Origin: Macrostomum lignano
Taxonomy: Eukaryota
Reading direction: 5' to 3'
DNA: 64,000 bases
NCBI GenBank assembly: GCA_002269645.1
Contig: NIVC01001917.1
Span: forward strand, 124,001 to 188,000
A model generated the notes under the pieces. It made no database searches and had not been told where the DNA came from. It saw only the letters and a program-made list of their open reading frames with translations. Of this stretch, positions 16,196 through 29,440 are shown in pieces. Each line of letters begins with the position of its first letter. Within the stretch, counting starts at the first letter, position 1. A program made the position numbers and the translations under genes.

Positions 16196-17507
16196 TCACT
16201 AGTTTTTATGAAACACTCTGACAAAAGTCTATAACAATTTTCTATAAAGGAAAAGAAAGGAATGTCTACAAAAGAAACAAAGGAATTTCTACAAAGAAAT
16301 GAAATTACAATTAAATTACATGTTTATATGTCATGGTTGAATAGGACTAGACTACCTAGCTGACTTGGTTATAGGTTGAAAATATCATGCACAATACAAA
16401 CACAGTACAGTACTTAAAGACTTCTTTAAAGGTTTTAAATAATTTTTGCAATATATAGGCCTATATACTGTATAGAATTAAAAAGCAATTCATTTATACT
16501 ATACGTTCCAAGAGATGGAACTTTATTCTATTATTATGGAAATATATATAATAAATATAAAACAGACATAAAATAACATACTCAAAGTTTCAGAATTTAA
16601 GAATAATGTGTTCACTAAAGTCTGTCACTAGTGTGTCGGGATCGTGCCTTTTCTATTTTCGTTTTGGTTCTTACAAACAAATCTTTCTCTAGTTATACTT
16701 TTATAAAAACTTTTGTTACCACATGATAAACTTTATTCCTACTTGGATTAGAAGCGCTACATTAGCTTGATAGTTTTTATTTGTTTTCTATGTCACGAAA
16801 TTTTAGGCACCAATTCGACATTTACCAAGTGGCGATGCCGACTCGACGCGAACTCTTAAATTTATACTACACGCTCTCCCTCTCCAAATATTTTTCTCAC
16901 ATTCAAAACCATATACTCATTTTAATCGCTTTAATTCCGTTTCTGTTAATTTGAGTTTTGAGTCGGACTCGGAATTTTGCGTACTTGTAAGATTTAAAGC
17001 GAATCAGCATATTGATATTGTGTGACTTTGCGATCGTGAATATGTGCATTTAAAATTTCCAGATGAAATTCCAAAATTTCCTTATAAAGCTTTCCATATG
17101 TCAGAATTTTTTAGAATTTATAAAGTTACTTCCGTCAATTTTTTAATTGTTTACTTTCATTATAGGAAAAATATCATGTTGCATTTAAAATTTTCATTAA
17201 GCATTCTTCTATAAAATTATAATCTTTTCAGTAATTTTTAAAATAAAATGATTTCGAAAGCTAATAAATTCTAGAGCATGTATTTTATAAAGAAAAAGTA
17301 AGAAATTAAAACTCTTGCATATTCAACTTGGCACTATGAGATTTACATTAATTTTTTTACTCGTATTGAAAGAAAAACAAGAGGACATTTCACAAAGTGA
17401 ATTTAATGTATCAACTGTGTTTTTGAATCAAACAATCGTTGCTCTGACAGCAAGGATTGCGCTTTGATAATTTTTTATATGCTTTTAATACTTTTCAGCA
17501 AGTTGCA

Positions 17508-20500
17508 ATGGGTAAAATCAGTTCTGCTCTAGTTCTGCTGATGATGGTCATGTCCTGCATGGCTGACACGGAAGAAAGGGCTCAAATTGTGGCTCTCAAA
17601 ACAATTCTCAACAACTTAGTTGTCAAGGGAAAAGACATTACAGTCCAATACGATTTGTACAATGTTGGTTCAAAGTAAGTTTCGTCAATCTTCCATTCAA
17701 ATTATTTTTAACAGAGTGCATGCATGCAGATCTTAGTAGCTGGAAATTTGCGTTTATTGTTATTCTAGATTTGTATTTTAATACTATAAAGCAATACCTA
17801 CTTGGCGAATACAGGGCTGCTCGGAATCTTCAGCTGGAAGAGGAGGGCTTCCCTAGCGACTATTTCGAATTGAAGGCCGGCTTGCTGCGCGCCCGTTGGG
17901 CCAGTCTGCCGGCAGGCGCCAATGTCAGTCACTCGGTGGTGCTGACGCCGCTGCAAAGTGTCGTGTTCAATGTTAGCCAGGCTACTGTTCGCTACAGAGC
18001 CAGCGAGGACTCTCGCGGCTTCACAGTTGGTCAGACTAGCGGCTTTGGAGAAGTGGTTATTTATGATACAGCCGCTTACGATCGACAGTTTTCTGCTCAT
18101 GCCGTGAGTTCAATGTCATGATGTATAGGGGCTCCATCTCAGTGAGTGAGACTTTTGCGTCTCATTGACCAATAACAGATCAAGTCAGTAAAAGATCCTC
18201 CAGAAAATCAGGATTGTGACTTCCTCATAGCTGTAAAAATCTATCACTAGTCTTTTAATAATTTTTCTCTTTAGGTCGTCTGAGCATGCAGGTCTTTATC
18301 GCTGTCTGTTTTTATGGACGGGGGGGTCAAAAAGGGTCGAGTGACCACCTCGGGGAAAAATTCTGGATCGGTCGTTTAGTCTGCTTGGCCTAGAGAATCC
18401 ACTATACTAAAATATATTGTCTAGTTAAAATCAGTTCTAGGATTGGTGTGAACCAACTGTAGATTCACTTGAGCAATCCTGGATGTCCCGCGGATTGTTA
18501 GTTAGCAAGTTAGCAAAATATATGTATGATGCCTATACAACACAGATAGTGCAAATGACCCATCTAGTTCAACAAAGGTTTTCTTCGAAATTAATGACAA
18601 CACACTCTAATCTCAATCTCACACTCAACACCACACATTAATGACAGCCCACCCGACCGAAAATATTTGTCCTTTCAAAAACAGTAAGTGTGCCAGTTGT
18701 GCCACAAATATGCCCTTTGACAGAGTTATAAATGTCTTTGTATGTCATATTTGGCACACTTGATACAATTGTACCAATTGTGCCGTAGCTATGCCATTTG
18801 GCACAGTTTGTAAATGTCGATGTATGTCCTATTTGGCACACTTGACACAAATAGTATTTTTACTGCTAATTGGCCAATGAAACCAATTGGCACACTTGGC
18901 ACACTTGCTACAATTGTGCCAGTTGTGCCACAGCTATACCATTTAGCACAGTTATAAATGTCTTTGTATGTCCTATTTGGCACACCTGGCACAAATAACC
19001 TTTTTATAGCTAATTCCTCTTGGAAACCATTTGGCACACTTGGCGCACTTACTACAAGTGTACCAGTTGTGCCACAGCTATACTATTTGACACAGTTATA
19101 TAACTGTCTTGGACTGTCCTTCTTGGCACACTTGGCACGAATATCCTTTTTATAGCTAATTGGTTATTAAAACAGACTGGCACACTTGGCACACTTGTTA
19201 CAATTGTACCAGTTGTGCCACAGCTATGACATTTGGCACAGTTATATGTCTTTGTCCTTCTTGGCACACTTGGCTCAAATAACCTTTTTTATTGCTAATT
19301 ACCTAACAAAACTGTTTGACGCACACCCGGTGCAACTTGCACTGAGGCTGCGACGTCAGTAGCTTCGATTTTGGCAGATGACCGGCAGGTTTTCACTCCC
19401 AACTTGCGGCATGATCTGCTCAGACGCTCGAAAATGGCGCAACCGCGTTTGATTGACGCCATTACAAAAGAACTAAAGCAGCAGATCACGCAGCATCTCG
19501 CCGTCCATCTAGATCAGCTCGTGGACCCAGCCGTCACAGTTGACAACATGCTGGTCGACGACAATGGAAAGAAATTATACTACGGTAAGAAATTAATAGT
19601 CCTTCATTTATGATCGCGCAAATATCCTATTGTTACTCTCAAACGCTCTTCAATCCTTAAAAAACACCTCTGCAGCCAATCGGTTTCGCCTTTACGTCCA
19701 ACGTCGCTCGGACCAGGGTCATGGCCAGTAAGGATATATCAAGAACCAACGACTCCGGCCAACCTCAATGCACTTCTCCGCGAGATGGTGCGGGGGTGCT
19801 TCAGCGACGACGAGATTTTGGTAACGTCGTTGAGCGGTCGCGCTACTGAGCCTGGTCGGCCACGCCTGCTACCTGGCTGGAATCGACATCCCAACCAATG
19901 AAAGCGATTGAAAAGGCCTACGTCCGATGCTCCATCACCGTCAGTCGGCGTGAAAAGCAATCCGGACGTTTGCCTGTAAAGAAACTTCGTCAAGGTGCGG
20001 CTGCCAATGTCACTGACACTGTGCAGTCGGAGGCGGCTAATGCACTCGCGAGGACTGAGCGCGGGATATCTGCTGTTGCATCTAGCAAAACTAAACTTGT
20101 TTGGCAGATGCGGGACCCGTCTAGCTTGGTCTGTCTCCCTCATGTTTCTGGTTTTGTTTTCCCCTGGAAATATGCTCTTTCCCACATAAAGTAACCAACT
20201 ACATTACTATAGTTACTTCCAGACTCGTAAATTACAATAGCACCAGGAATCAGACTTGTTGTCTAACTAGAAAAGTATAGGGGAACAGAGGTATTGGAGT
20301 TGGTTTCACTAATTGCTTGTTTTTTATCTAGTTGTTTGTTTGTGCTTTTTAAATTAATACATTAGATGTATACATGTTGTTACATTAAAATCCTGTGCCA
20401 CGTGTAGTCGACTCAGTAGTTAATTTGTTACATTGCATGTTTTAGTTTCAAATGTATTAGAAGTGTAAACTCTTTGGCTGGCACCACAATTTTCATGCAC

Positions 20501-22348
20501 CGCGCTTTTTAATTACGTTGTTTTTTGTTTCCTGTCCAATGTCCGCTGTCTGTTATGTTTCTTTCCGTTAACTTCTAGTATGCATTTTTTAATTCCGCAG
20601 CCTCCCCTTTTTCCTGTTTTATACATGTTTTTTTGTCCTATTTGCTACTTCCCATTAAATATATACGTATTTATGCAACATCCCTTTTTCCAACTGTTTT
20701 AATCTGTTTATGTTCGCGCTCAACATTATTTTAAAGTTTAATTTACATTAACAACTCTTTTCAATTTGTCTTCCCTCATTTAAACATGAGAAGGACCTCT
20801 CGCAAATCTTAGCTACTTCATACACTTCATAACTCGTAGTTGACTAACGGGTCAACTATAACAGCATCAGATAGCACATGCGCTTAGTTCAACTGCTTTA
20901 AACTGCAAATTCACTCGTCTGGAGAATTTACGCTAAATGGCACAGTACGCGCTAGTTTAACTGCTTCTAGCTGCACATTTACTCGTATGGTGCCAAATGG
21001 TACATTTATGGCACAGTTGTGCACAATTATAAGCACTCAAAAATAGCTGAGACAACTGGCACAGTTGTGGCACAGCAGTGCACAATTAAAAATTTGATTC
21101 TTAATTGTGTCACATGTGCCAATTGGCACAGCTTGGCACAGTTATATTTGTGCCAAGCTGTGCCACCAATTGTCGATTCTCACAAATTTCGTGTCGTTTC
21201 GACAGTTATTTTGGGATTCCCCCCAATTCATTTTTTATGTGCTATTTGACGCATTTAAAGAACAATTATTTCCGGTCGGGCATTTCAATCGATTCAAAAT
21301 TTTGTTTTTTACTTTTAATGCCCATATTTGTAGGCTTTAAGGTGTCTTACTCGTAATCAGAGGCGTCACAACTATAGTGGGACAGGGGGACATGCCTCCA
21401 ATCAAAAGCTATGGGGATACATGCTAATGCTTTGTCCCCACTCCCACCACCCCACCTTGTAACCCTTATGGAAATCAATAGTTCTGCTTCAGGTCGCCAA
21501 AATATAAGCGCCTTTGGGGTCAGAATGAGTGCCTGTCTGTAGCGCCAAGTGACTGTCTATGGCGCCAAAATGAGTGTCTGCGGCGCCAAAATTAGTGCTA
21601 ACAACATCGATTCCCAAAAAATATAGGAATTTAGGTCATGTAGAATTCTTGGAATATTGGCTTTGTTACCGCCACCATAAAATCTATGGTGACGCCCCTG
21701 CTCATAATGCCTAAAGGTACATATGGTCAACGCCAAGCCAAGAATTATGCAGTTGTTACATTTTTACAATGCTTAATATTGTTTCCCACAGCAATGTCTG
21801 TACGCACCAACTCAAGATAAGCCTTGCTTGGTCTCGTAGCTGAATTAGGGAAGAGGCAATACAGCGAAAAGAAAATCCTCAGATCTCTCACTTATTGTTA
21901 AACTGGACAGGACAAAAAAAGTGAGCTAGCGAAGTAGCGGACGCATGCCGCCACGTGCCAACAATGTAAACTCACACCCCACACCCCATGAGAGAATTCT
22001 ATCTAGGTACATTGCCGCGAGTGTACATTTTCAACCCCCCCCCAGCGCCCTCAAACCCCACAGCTTTCAGTTCAAGCGTTAACTGTGCACAGTGGAAATT
22101 GCTGAATCATGCGAAGCTTACTGAATTTTCGCTATTTCCATGCCGTGGAGCAAGGGAGAATCGCTTCAGACTTCAATAAAGAAGCTTTAATCAACGTTTT
22201 ATATTTATTAATGAATGGTGTTTTTTTATTTCAGACCGAATGGCTGACATTCGGCCTGATGTCGCTGCCTTCGATCGCTATTCCCATGGCTCTGTGGTAC
22301 AAATCGCACAGAAAGTATGCCGCCCTAGCAACCAGGAAGCTCGATTAA
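17508..22348 (+). CDS. SSR2: Translocon-associated protein beta (TRAP-beta); exons 17508-17674, 17815-18103, 22235-22348
   Basis: Signal peptide; KTILNNLVVKGKDITVQYDLYNVGS; WASLPAGANVSHSVVLTP; DRQFSAHA|TEWLTFGLMSLPSIAIPMALWYKSHRKY. Canonical splice sites with matching phases. Confidence 0.95.
18670..19290 (+). repeat. Degenerate ttggcacacttg/gttgtgccac array; related inverted array at ~20990-21175
   Basis: Recurring motifs read directly; reverse-complement motifs (gtgccaa, tggcacagttg) at 21000-21170. Confidence 0.7.
19371..20000 (+). pseudogene. Degraded two-exon gene fragment with a BEN-like domain in the SSR2 intron
   Basis: Intron tacg|gtaaga (19585) ... ctgcag| (19675). LLREMVRGCFSDDEILVTSLSGR then, after a 1-nt shift, HPNQMKAIEKAY resembles the BEN consensus. 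At least two frameshifts are needed. Confidence 0.4.
21358..21700. mobile_element. hAT-type MITE, 343 bp
   Basis: TIR CAGAGGCGTCAC / GTGACGCCCCTG; flanking 8-mers CTCGTAAT and CTCATAAT (7/8) fit an 8-bp TSD. Confidence 0.8.
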
Positions 22349-22959
22349 TAAAACTTCTAGCTGGATAGTGGCTATAAAAACCTTTAATCAATGTCAAAAA
22401 CTGTCATTTGATGTCATTGCAGTTTCAAATTAAAGCTTCATCATTTTACTCGTAATAGCCATCAATAGTGTAATGGGTGACGGGTCAGTCTATTTAAATC
22501 ATGATGGATATGATACATGTATTCGAGTTCTCGTATGCTTTTAATTGTTCTCACTTAGTAGCTCGTAAATGGACTCATACTGCCATTTGATAGTCTCTAA
22601 ATGTATTGTTTTACATTTTAAAACTGATTCCAACTGCATGATAAACAAATCCGTTGAATATGTTTACTCTTCAGTAATGACGCTATTCCGTGATTCGAAA
22701 ACAAATGATCCGCTAACTTTCTTCCCCAGCATCCCAATGTTGTCGAAATCTTCTTCATTAACGTTTAATTAGTATTTGTTGCATTTTTTCTGTGCAAGTT
22801 TCCATAACCCGATATGCTAATAATAATTATTATTTGCTGGGGAGAATCGGTTACTTTCTGAATTGACTACTGAAAGCAATATGAACGGAACATTTTGCTA
22901 TGCAAGTCTTGCTGTACTCGTGTATCTAATTTAAATGGATGTTTTGACATTTTAGCCAA

Positions 22960-23720
22960 TAACAAGAAATCTACACCCCCGTTGGGGAGGCAACAAAAAT
23001 AACAAACATTTTTTAATAAACTACATGTAGGTTTTGACCTTGTACAGTATACTATTTTAGTTTCCCAAGGAAAATGATGTTTAAAGCAAAAAAAGCATCC
23101 GCCCTGTAAGCCAGCTATCTCAGCTCATCTCAGCAACCCCCCTCCATGAGCCTTGACATTTCAGCAACTCCCCCACAAGCCTTGACATCTCAGCAACCCC
23201 CACAAGCCTTGACATTTCAGCAACTCCCCCACAAGCCTTGACATCTCAGCAACCCCCACAAGCCTTGACATCTCAGCAACCCCCTTCCTATGAGACTTGA
23301 CATCTCAGCAACCCCCTTCCTATGAGACTTGACATCTCAGCAACCCCCTTCCTATGAGACTTGACATCTTAGCAATTCAACCATGAAACTTAAAATCTCA
23401 GTAACTCCCCACATGAGCCTTGGCATCTCAGCAATTTCTCATAAGATTTGGCATCGTAGCAATTCCTCATGACCCTTGGACCACAGAATTTAAGCATTTC
23501 ATTTCATTTCATTTCATTCCATGAGCCTTGGAATTTCAGCAATTCCCACCCCCCCCCCCTGGAGTCTTGGCAACTCAGAAATTCCCACCATGAGCCATGA
23601 AATCTTAGCAGTTCCCCCAATGAGCGTTGAGCCACAGAATTCCATCAATTTCCCCCATGAGTCTCGACATCTTAGCACTTCCCTAATGAGTCTTTTATGG
23701 TTGGCATGACAATTCCTTTA
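22960..23720 (+). mobile_element. Dispersed satellite-carrying element (ccttgacatctcagcaattcccc units); further copies at ~39475-39610, 39985-40690, 41690-42090 (+) and 62620-63560 (-)
   Basis: Shared leader gccaacaaa...aataaactacatgtag followed by 25-30-bp units in several copies. Confidence 0.75.
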
Positions 23721-23724
23721 TCCA

Positions 23725-23868
23725 CACTCAGCAATAGTCAAAACCGCCACCCCAGACCCAGTGCGCCTGAACGAGAATTGGAAAACCTTGGCGTCATTGC
23801 AGTGTAGTGAGCTGAAATCGATCGCTCTGCCAATTCTCTCGGGTGGCGGTTTTGACTGCTCCTGAGTG
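23725..23868. mobile_element. 144-bp foldback/MITE with ~28-bp TIRs (CACTCAG...CTGAGTG)
   Basis: cactcagcaatagtcaaaaccgccaccc versus gggtggcggttttgactgctcctgagtg; no clear TSD. Confidence 0.65.
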
Positions 23869-24149
23869 ATTTTGTTATTCCTTATTTCATCAAGTCTGCT
23901 TCAGTTGAAAAAAACATATCTAGGCTAGCTTCTCATGAACATATATGAATTTTAGCATTTATAATAATTCAATTCTTACATCAAATCCGTTAATCATCAT
24001 TCATAGTCGAAAATTCTGATTGATCTGCGCAAAAAGAATGTTTTCTGGAATATTAAATCCTATTAGCACTGATCAATTTCTCAGCCATGAGAATAACACA
24101 ACCATAGCAACCAAATACGCTATCAGCCAGTCAAGCAAGTCATAAGAGG

Positions 24150-24790
24150 CAAAGACAACGAACGTCACAGGGCGCGTTTCAGGGCCTGGTCGCGAATGTA
24201 GGGCCGCACCAGGCCGCCGGCATCAGCCAGCAGGCAGTCGATGAAACGCCTAGTGCGCGCCTGTCCCTGCTGGCAGGGTGCCTGCAGCGTCAGCAACAGA
24301 ACCTCCTAAACTATTGATAGCTGCGGGTGTAGTAGGACTCGGCGCGGATGATTTGGCCTGCCAGCTGGAGTCGCCGACGGCGCAACAGTTCGCTGGGATG
24401 TGGTAGGCCGATGCGGCGATAGCTAGAGTGCCGCATTGGTCTTGAAGGCGGCGCGTAGCAGGCCAGCGCGCGCCACATCGACCTGCTGCTGCTCGAGCGA
24501 GTCTGTCAGCGTCCAGATCTCGGCGTTGTACAGCAGGACGATCTCGATCATCGCCTGGAACAAGGGCCTCGGACTGCAGGACAGCCATCACGGAACGGAA
24601 GGCAGCCCAGGCAAGTCCGCGGCGACGTCGCAGATCCTCGCAAACGTCAGGCACCAGACCGTCGAGGTAGACGAACTGCTGACAGTGCGGAAGCTTCGTC
24701 ACCTGTCCATCGGCACCTCGGCAGAAAATCGTAGCCTTGATGTCGTCCGGCAACGCAGAGCACCAGGCCGACGCTTGCAGCAACGCTCAG
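24150..24790 (-). mobile_element. Degenerate RTE-like LINE reverse transcriptase fragment
   Basis: QQFVYLDG...DLRRRRGLAWAAFRSV and, in a shifted frame, FQAMIEIVLLYNAEIWTLT; frameshifted. Confidence 0.75.
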
Positions 24791-24869
24791 CACGCTCACA
24801 AGTTTGTTTTTTTTAGTGAGGCGATAGCCGACCCGCAGCCGGTGAGGGAACCCGCAGTCACGTCCATTC

Positions 24870-25010
24870 CGCTGACCCCTGAGCACGCACTCGGATACCT
24901 TGGAGTTTGCAATTGGCCCTCATGGGCGAGAATCGCACAGACCCACAAGGCCAATTTTCGTGCACAAGCCCCAAATTAATGTGGCTCCACATGGAATCCA
25001 ACCAAGCCAT
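24870..25010 (-). mobile_element. Old, diverged SINE family A relative
   Basis: agccccaaattaatgtggctccacatggaatcc and cccctgagcacgcactcggatac match segments of the 41325-41690 copy. Confidence 0.5.
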
Positions 25011-26549
25011 TGTGATGCGAGAGTAAGTCGCGTTAGCCATGACGCATGTACTGTTACCGAGAAAAAATGTCTGATCGAACGGTGCACGTTTCATGAAAAT
25101 CAATTGATACAGTCGCGCGCATAGATACAGACAAATCACTCATTTTAGTATAGTTTACATTGAAAAAAAGAATTTTGAGTTTTGATTATGATCATCTAAC
25201 CAGCTTTAAAATTAATGATTGCAGGCATGGAGCTTCATGTACTTTGTATTTGAAGGAAAGAAACTTGCAAACAATAGAGTTATTCAGAGAGACACTTTGT
25301 CACTTGTCAGGGAACTGCGACATTGCTGAATACCTCGTGGAGTACAGCTCACATCTTCCTGAGTATATGCGACACCAGATCAAGTCCCATTTGGGTACGA
25401 CGAACTAAGTGCACTCTAGGCCCGTTTAACCCGAAATTAATTGCCATCAACGAGGCTACAATAATTGTTAACATGTGTATTATAACCATTAGTTCATATC
25501 TGTTCTTTGCAAAGCAAGTTGGGTTTTATTAAATGCCAATGAATGCACTCGCTATCTGAAACAAAATGCTTGAAGAGAGCGCTTCGTCTCTAAATTATTT
25601 TGCAGAAATTATTTTTTTTCATTCAACTTTTCCAGTTTGCACAGCCGGAGCCAATGCATTAAGTCTTAAAGCACCTACCGTAGACTAGGGAATCCTTCAA
25701 GTTGAAAATCAATCAATACGCGTCATTAGGCTGTTAGTACGTCTGCTGTACTTTGCAGTCGTGGCATTAATTTCGCCGCGGTCCCTACTACGGTTTTGTT
25801 AGTTAACTTGGTCCCAAGTTTAAATTTGCTATAAAACCCGGAGATTTTACGCTTAACTGAACTGCCCCAATGTATATTTGCCTCAAGTACAAATTTCATC
25901 ACGTGACTCCTTTCCTACATTTATTAACTATCCAATTCAATCCTCCTTATCTTTGCATTGTATTTTGTTGTATTTTTGGGCAAAATACAAACGTTCAGCA
26001 TGTAGCTTTGCTGAACAATGGCCGGAACACTCGCGCCAGTCACAGGGTGTGATGCATAGTTTTCAGCGTAAAAAAAATAGTAACGGTTCTTGACCCCAAT
26101 CCAATCAATGGTTGTCGTAATAGCATCCTGCTCACACTGACCTCAACTCTTTATCGCCAAAATTGTGCGCATAAACATTGTCCTCTTACTCATTGGACTA
26201 CTCGTACACAATTGTCGAATGAGCCAGAGTTGGTCGGTGCTATTTCAGCCGAAGCAATAAAACTGAGTAGCTTCTCCGCTAGCTGAATTGGACCAAAAAG
26301 TTCACTAATAATCGGCAACTGATTTGCTGTGCAAATAACAGTCAAAGCCTCCATAAACTCTTTCTGGCTCTGTCCGGCTTCAATCCGTGTCTGGCTTGCG
26401 TTGGTTGCTAAGCGGCCCCAGTCAGTTTGTTGTGGGCACAGGCATTTTTTGGGCGAGTACTCACGCCACTATGGATAAATTTGCTTCCCATTTAGGCTTG
26501 CTAATGCTTTTGAGAGAAAATTAGCCTGACATCGCACCACCTGCACCCA

Positions 26550-26575
26550 GTAACGATTGGTCCGGCTATAAAATA
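26550..26575 (+). promoter_or_regulatory. Candidate TRPM core promoter (inverted CCAAT plus TATAAAA)
   Basis: gattggtccggctataaaa ~600 bp upstream of the splice acceptor that precedes the ATG at 27175. Motif evidence only. Confidence 0.3.
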
Positions 26576-27174
26576 CCTATTTATACAGAGCAAATCCAGC
26601 TGAGTACTGAGAATATTGGACTCTGATCTGTCAATCTTAACCGGAGACCCAACTGGTTAGCTATAGATTGCTGCGGAAGGCGTCAGGTAGCATCTTCGGT
26701 ATAGCTTCTGCAGCCAAATTTTAGCCGACACAGAGGACGAGAGGACCACGCGTAAGAATTCGGGTCGGATCTGTGAGTTCTTCCCAACGTTTTGGGTGAA
26801 TACATGCATATTTTAAAGCAGAACAATGGGAAGTTCACCCTCTTGACTTTACACATGAGCGAAACCAAATGAATTTCGCTGATACAGTACTAAAGGTTCT
26901 AAATGGTCCATCATGATTACAAAATCCTATCGTAATTGATGCCAATGTACTCTTAAAACTTCTCTTTTAAATTTGTGTCAACATCTCGTTGTACTCGTCA
27001 AACTCGCTCGACAAGTTTAGATGCTGTATTAGCGCGTTTGATGAAGTAAACAGTTGTTGAGGTGAGATGTTGGGTATCAAAACCTCGGGTGAAAATAGTT
27101 GCTATGGTATTGCTGTGATTAACTATTAAACTAATCAACAGAGCTTAAAATTTTTGTTTCACATCGGACAGGCG

Positions 27175-28294
27175 ATGAATTCTTCTCAGACTCGTCTCAC
27201 CGACAGTCTGGAGTTGAACGAGAGCGCCGCTCTGACCGGCAGTAACGCTCGCCAGGCCGCGGCAACAACAACAAAAACAACAAAAACAACAACATCCTCA
27301 GTAACGGATATCGGCAGCGTTCTTCGCGGAGACAACGATGCATTCCAGGAGCTCGAGCGACAGCAACTCCTGTCGCCCGGCGCCAGCTTTCGTCTAGAGC
27401 TGACCGAGGACGAACGGGCGCGACTCGCCTGCCGCGGCGCGCCAGCCCTGACGGAGGGGTCGCAATCGCCGCCGCCGGCTGTCCTCGACGACTGTCCGCT
27501 GATGCACGCAGCCGTCGTCACGCGGAACTATCACGTGATCCGTAGACTAATTGAACGGAACGAGCAGTTTCCCAATCAGGTGGATCAGGTAAGGATCGAC
27601 GCAAAGACTTGTGAGGAACGAGGAGTGTCCAATTAACAGGGTCCGAGCGTAATTGGGAGCCCATAAGACACCCATCCAGCACCCATACAATCTCACGCAG
27701 AGCCCACCAGACACCCATCCAGCACCCATACAATCTCCCGCAGACCCCATAAGACACCCATCCAGCACCCATACAATCTCACGCAGACCCCATCAGACAC
27801 CCATCCAGCACCCATACAATCTCACGCAGACCCCATGAGACAGCCATTAAGAACGAACTGTTGAAATACAGGGTACAGACAAAATTCTCACCCCCTGTCA
27901 GCGCACAGAAAGTTACCCTTTCGCGATACCCGCTATGCATGCATTAGCAGCATCCGCTCCACCAATCCAGGCTGGTCAGCTGCCGTTGCACGTGGCCTGC
28001 CGCACCGGAGACCCGGTCTCCTTGCGCCTGCTGGCCCCGGCAACCAGGCCGGCTGGCCGAGCCTTGGCCGACCGTTCTCACGGTCGCACGCCCCTGCACT
28101 GGGCACTGGCGGCCGAGAGTGCCTCCTGTGTAGCTGAGCTGATCTTGGCCTGCTGCCGCAGCTGCTCAACCGGCACTGACGGCCTTGCAGACGAGGCTCG
28201 ACTGCTGCCGCTTGATTTGCCTGATTCGGTGCGTCTAACAAAGTCTTAAGCATTTACTAGATAGTTAGTTCGTTAGTTAGTTAGTTAGTCAGTC

Positions 28295-28389
<95 letters not shown>

Positions 28390-28406
28390 AAGTCAGTCAG
28401 TCAGTC

Positions 28407-28497
<91 letters not shown>

Positions 28498-28498
28498 C

Positions 28499-28531
<33 letters not shown>

Positions 28532-28660
28532 TTTAGAGTTAGTTAGTTAGTTAGTTAGTTATTTAGTTAGTTAGTTAATTAGTAAGTCAGTCAGTCAGTC
28601 AGTTAGTTAGTTAGTTAGTCAGTTAGTTAGTTAGTTAGTTAGTTAGTAAGTCAGTCAGTC

Positions 28661-28699
<39 letters not shown>

Positions 28700-28700
28700 C

Positions 28701-28766
<66 letters not shown>

Positions 28767-29404
28767 CTAGTCAGGTAGTTAGTTAGTTAGTCAGTTAGTT
28801 GTTTAGTTAGTTCACTGCTCTACCCTAAATATTACTGTTGCAAATCAATCATCCGCATTGCAGGAAGGCAAAACGATTCTCAATTATCTGGAGGATGAAA
28901 GCTCGGACGATGGTGGCGAGATAAATCCGGCCGTTCAGTTGCTGGGTCAGCTGGTGAGCCCGGAGACTGGGGCCCTGCTGACCCAGATGCCGGCGCAGCT
29001 GCGCTTGACTCGGCTGGTGTGCACCTACCGGATGCCGCCGCAGCCGCTGTTAGAGGCCGGCCTTGAGTGAGTAGGAAGAAAATGAATGAGTAGCATAAGA
29101 GAAGCTGTCTTTACGAGTTTGAGAATGGAGTGGAGGTAGAATTGGCGTCTCATGGGGTCTGCGTGAGACTGTGTGGGTGCTGGATGGGTGTCTGATGGTG
29201 TCTGCGTGAGACTGTGTGGATGCTGGATGGGTGTCTTATGGAGTCTGCGTGAGACTGTGTGGGTGCTGGATGGGTGTCTGATGGGGTCTGCGTGAGACTG
29301 TGTGGGTGCTGGATGGTTGTCTTATGGGCTCTGCGTGAGACTGTGTGGATGCTGGATGTGTGGTGACTGCGTTTCGCTTTCTGTGCAGAGTGGGGGATGG
29401 GGGG

Positions 29405-29440
<36 letters not shown>

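Noticed and set aside
25160-25408. 82-aa ORF with a possible acceptor at ~25224
   Set aside because: No recognisable domain, atypical codon composition and no partner exon; cannot be supported.
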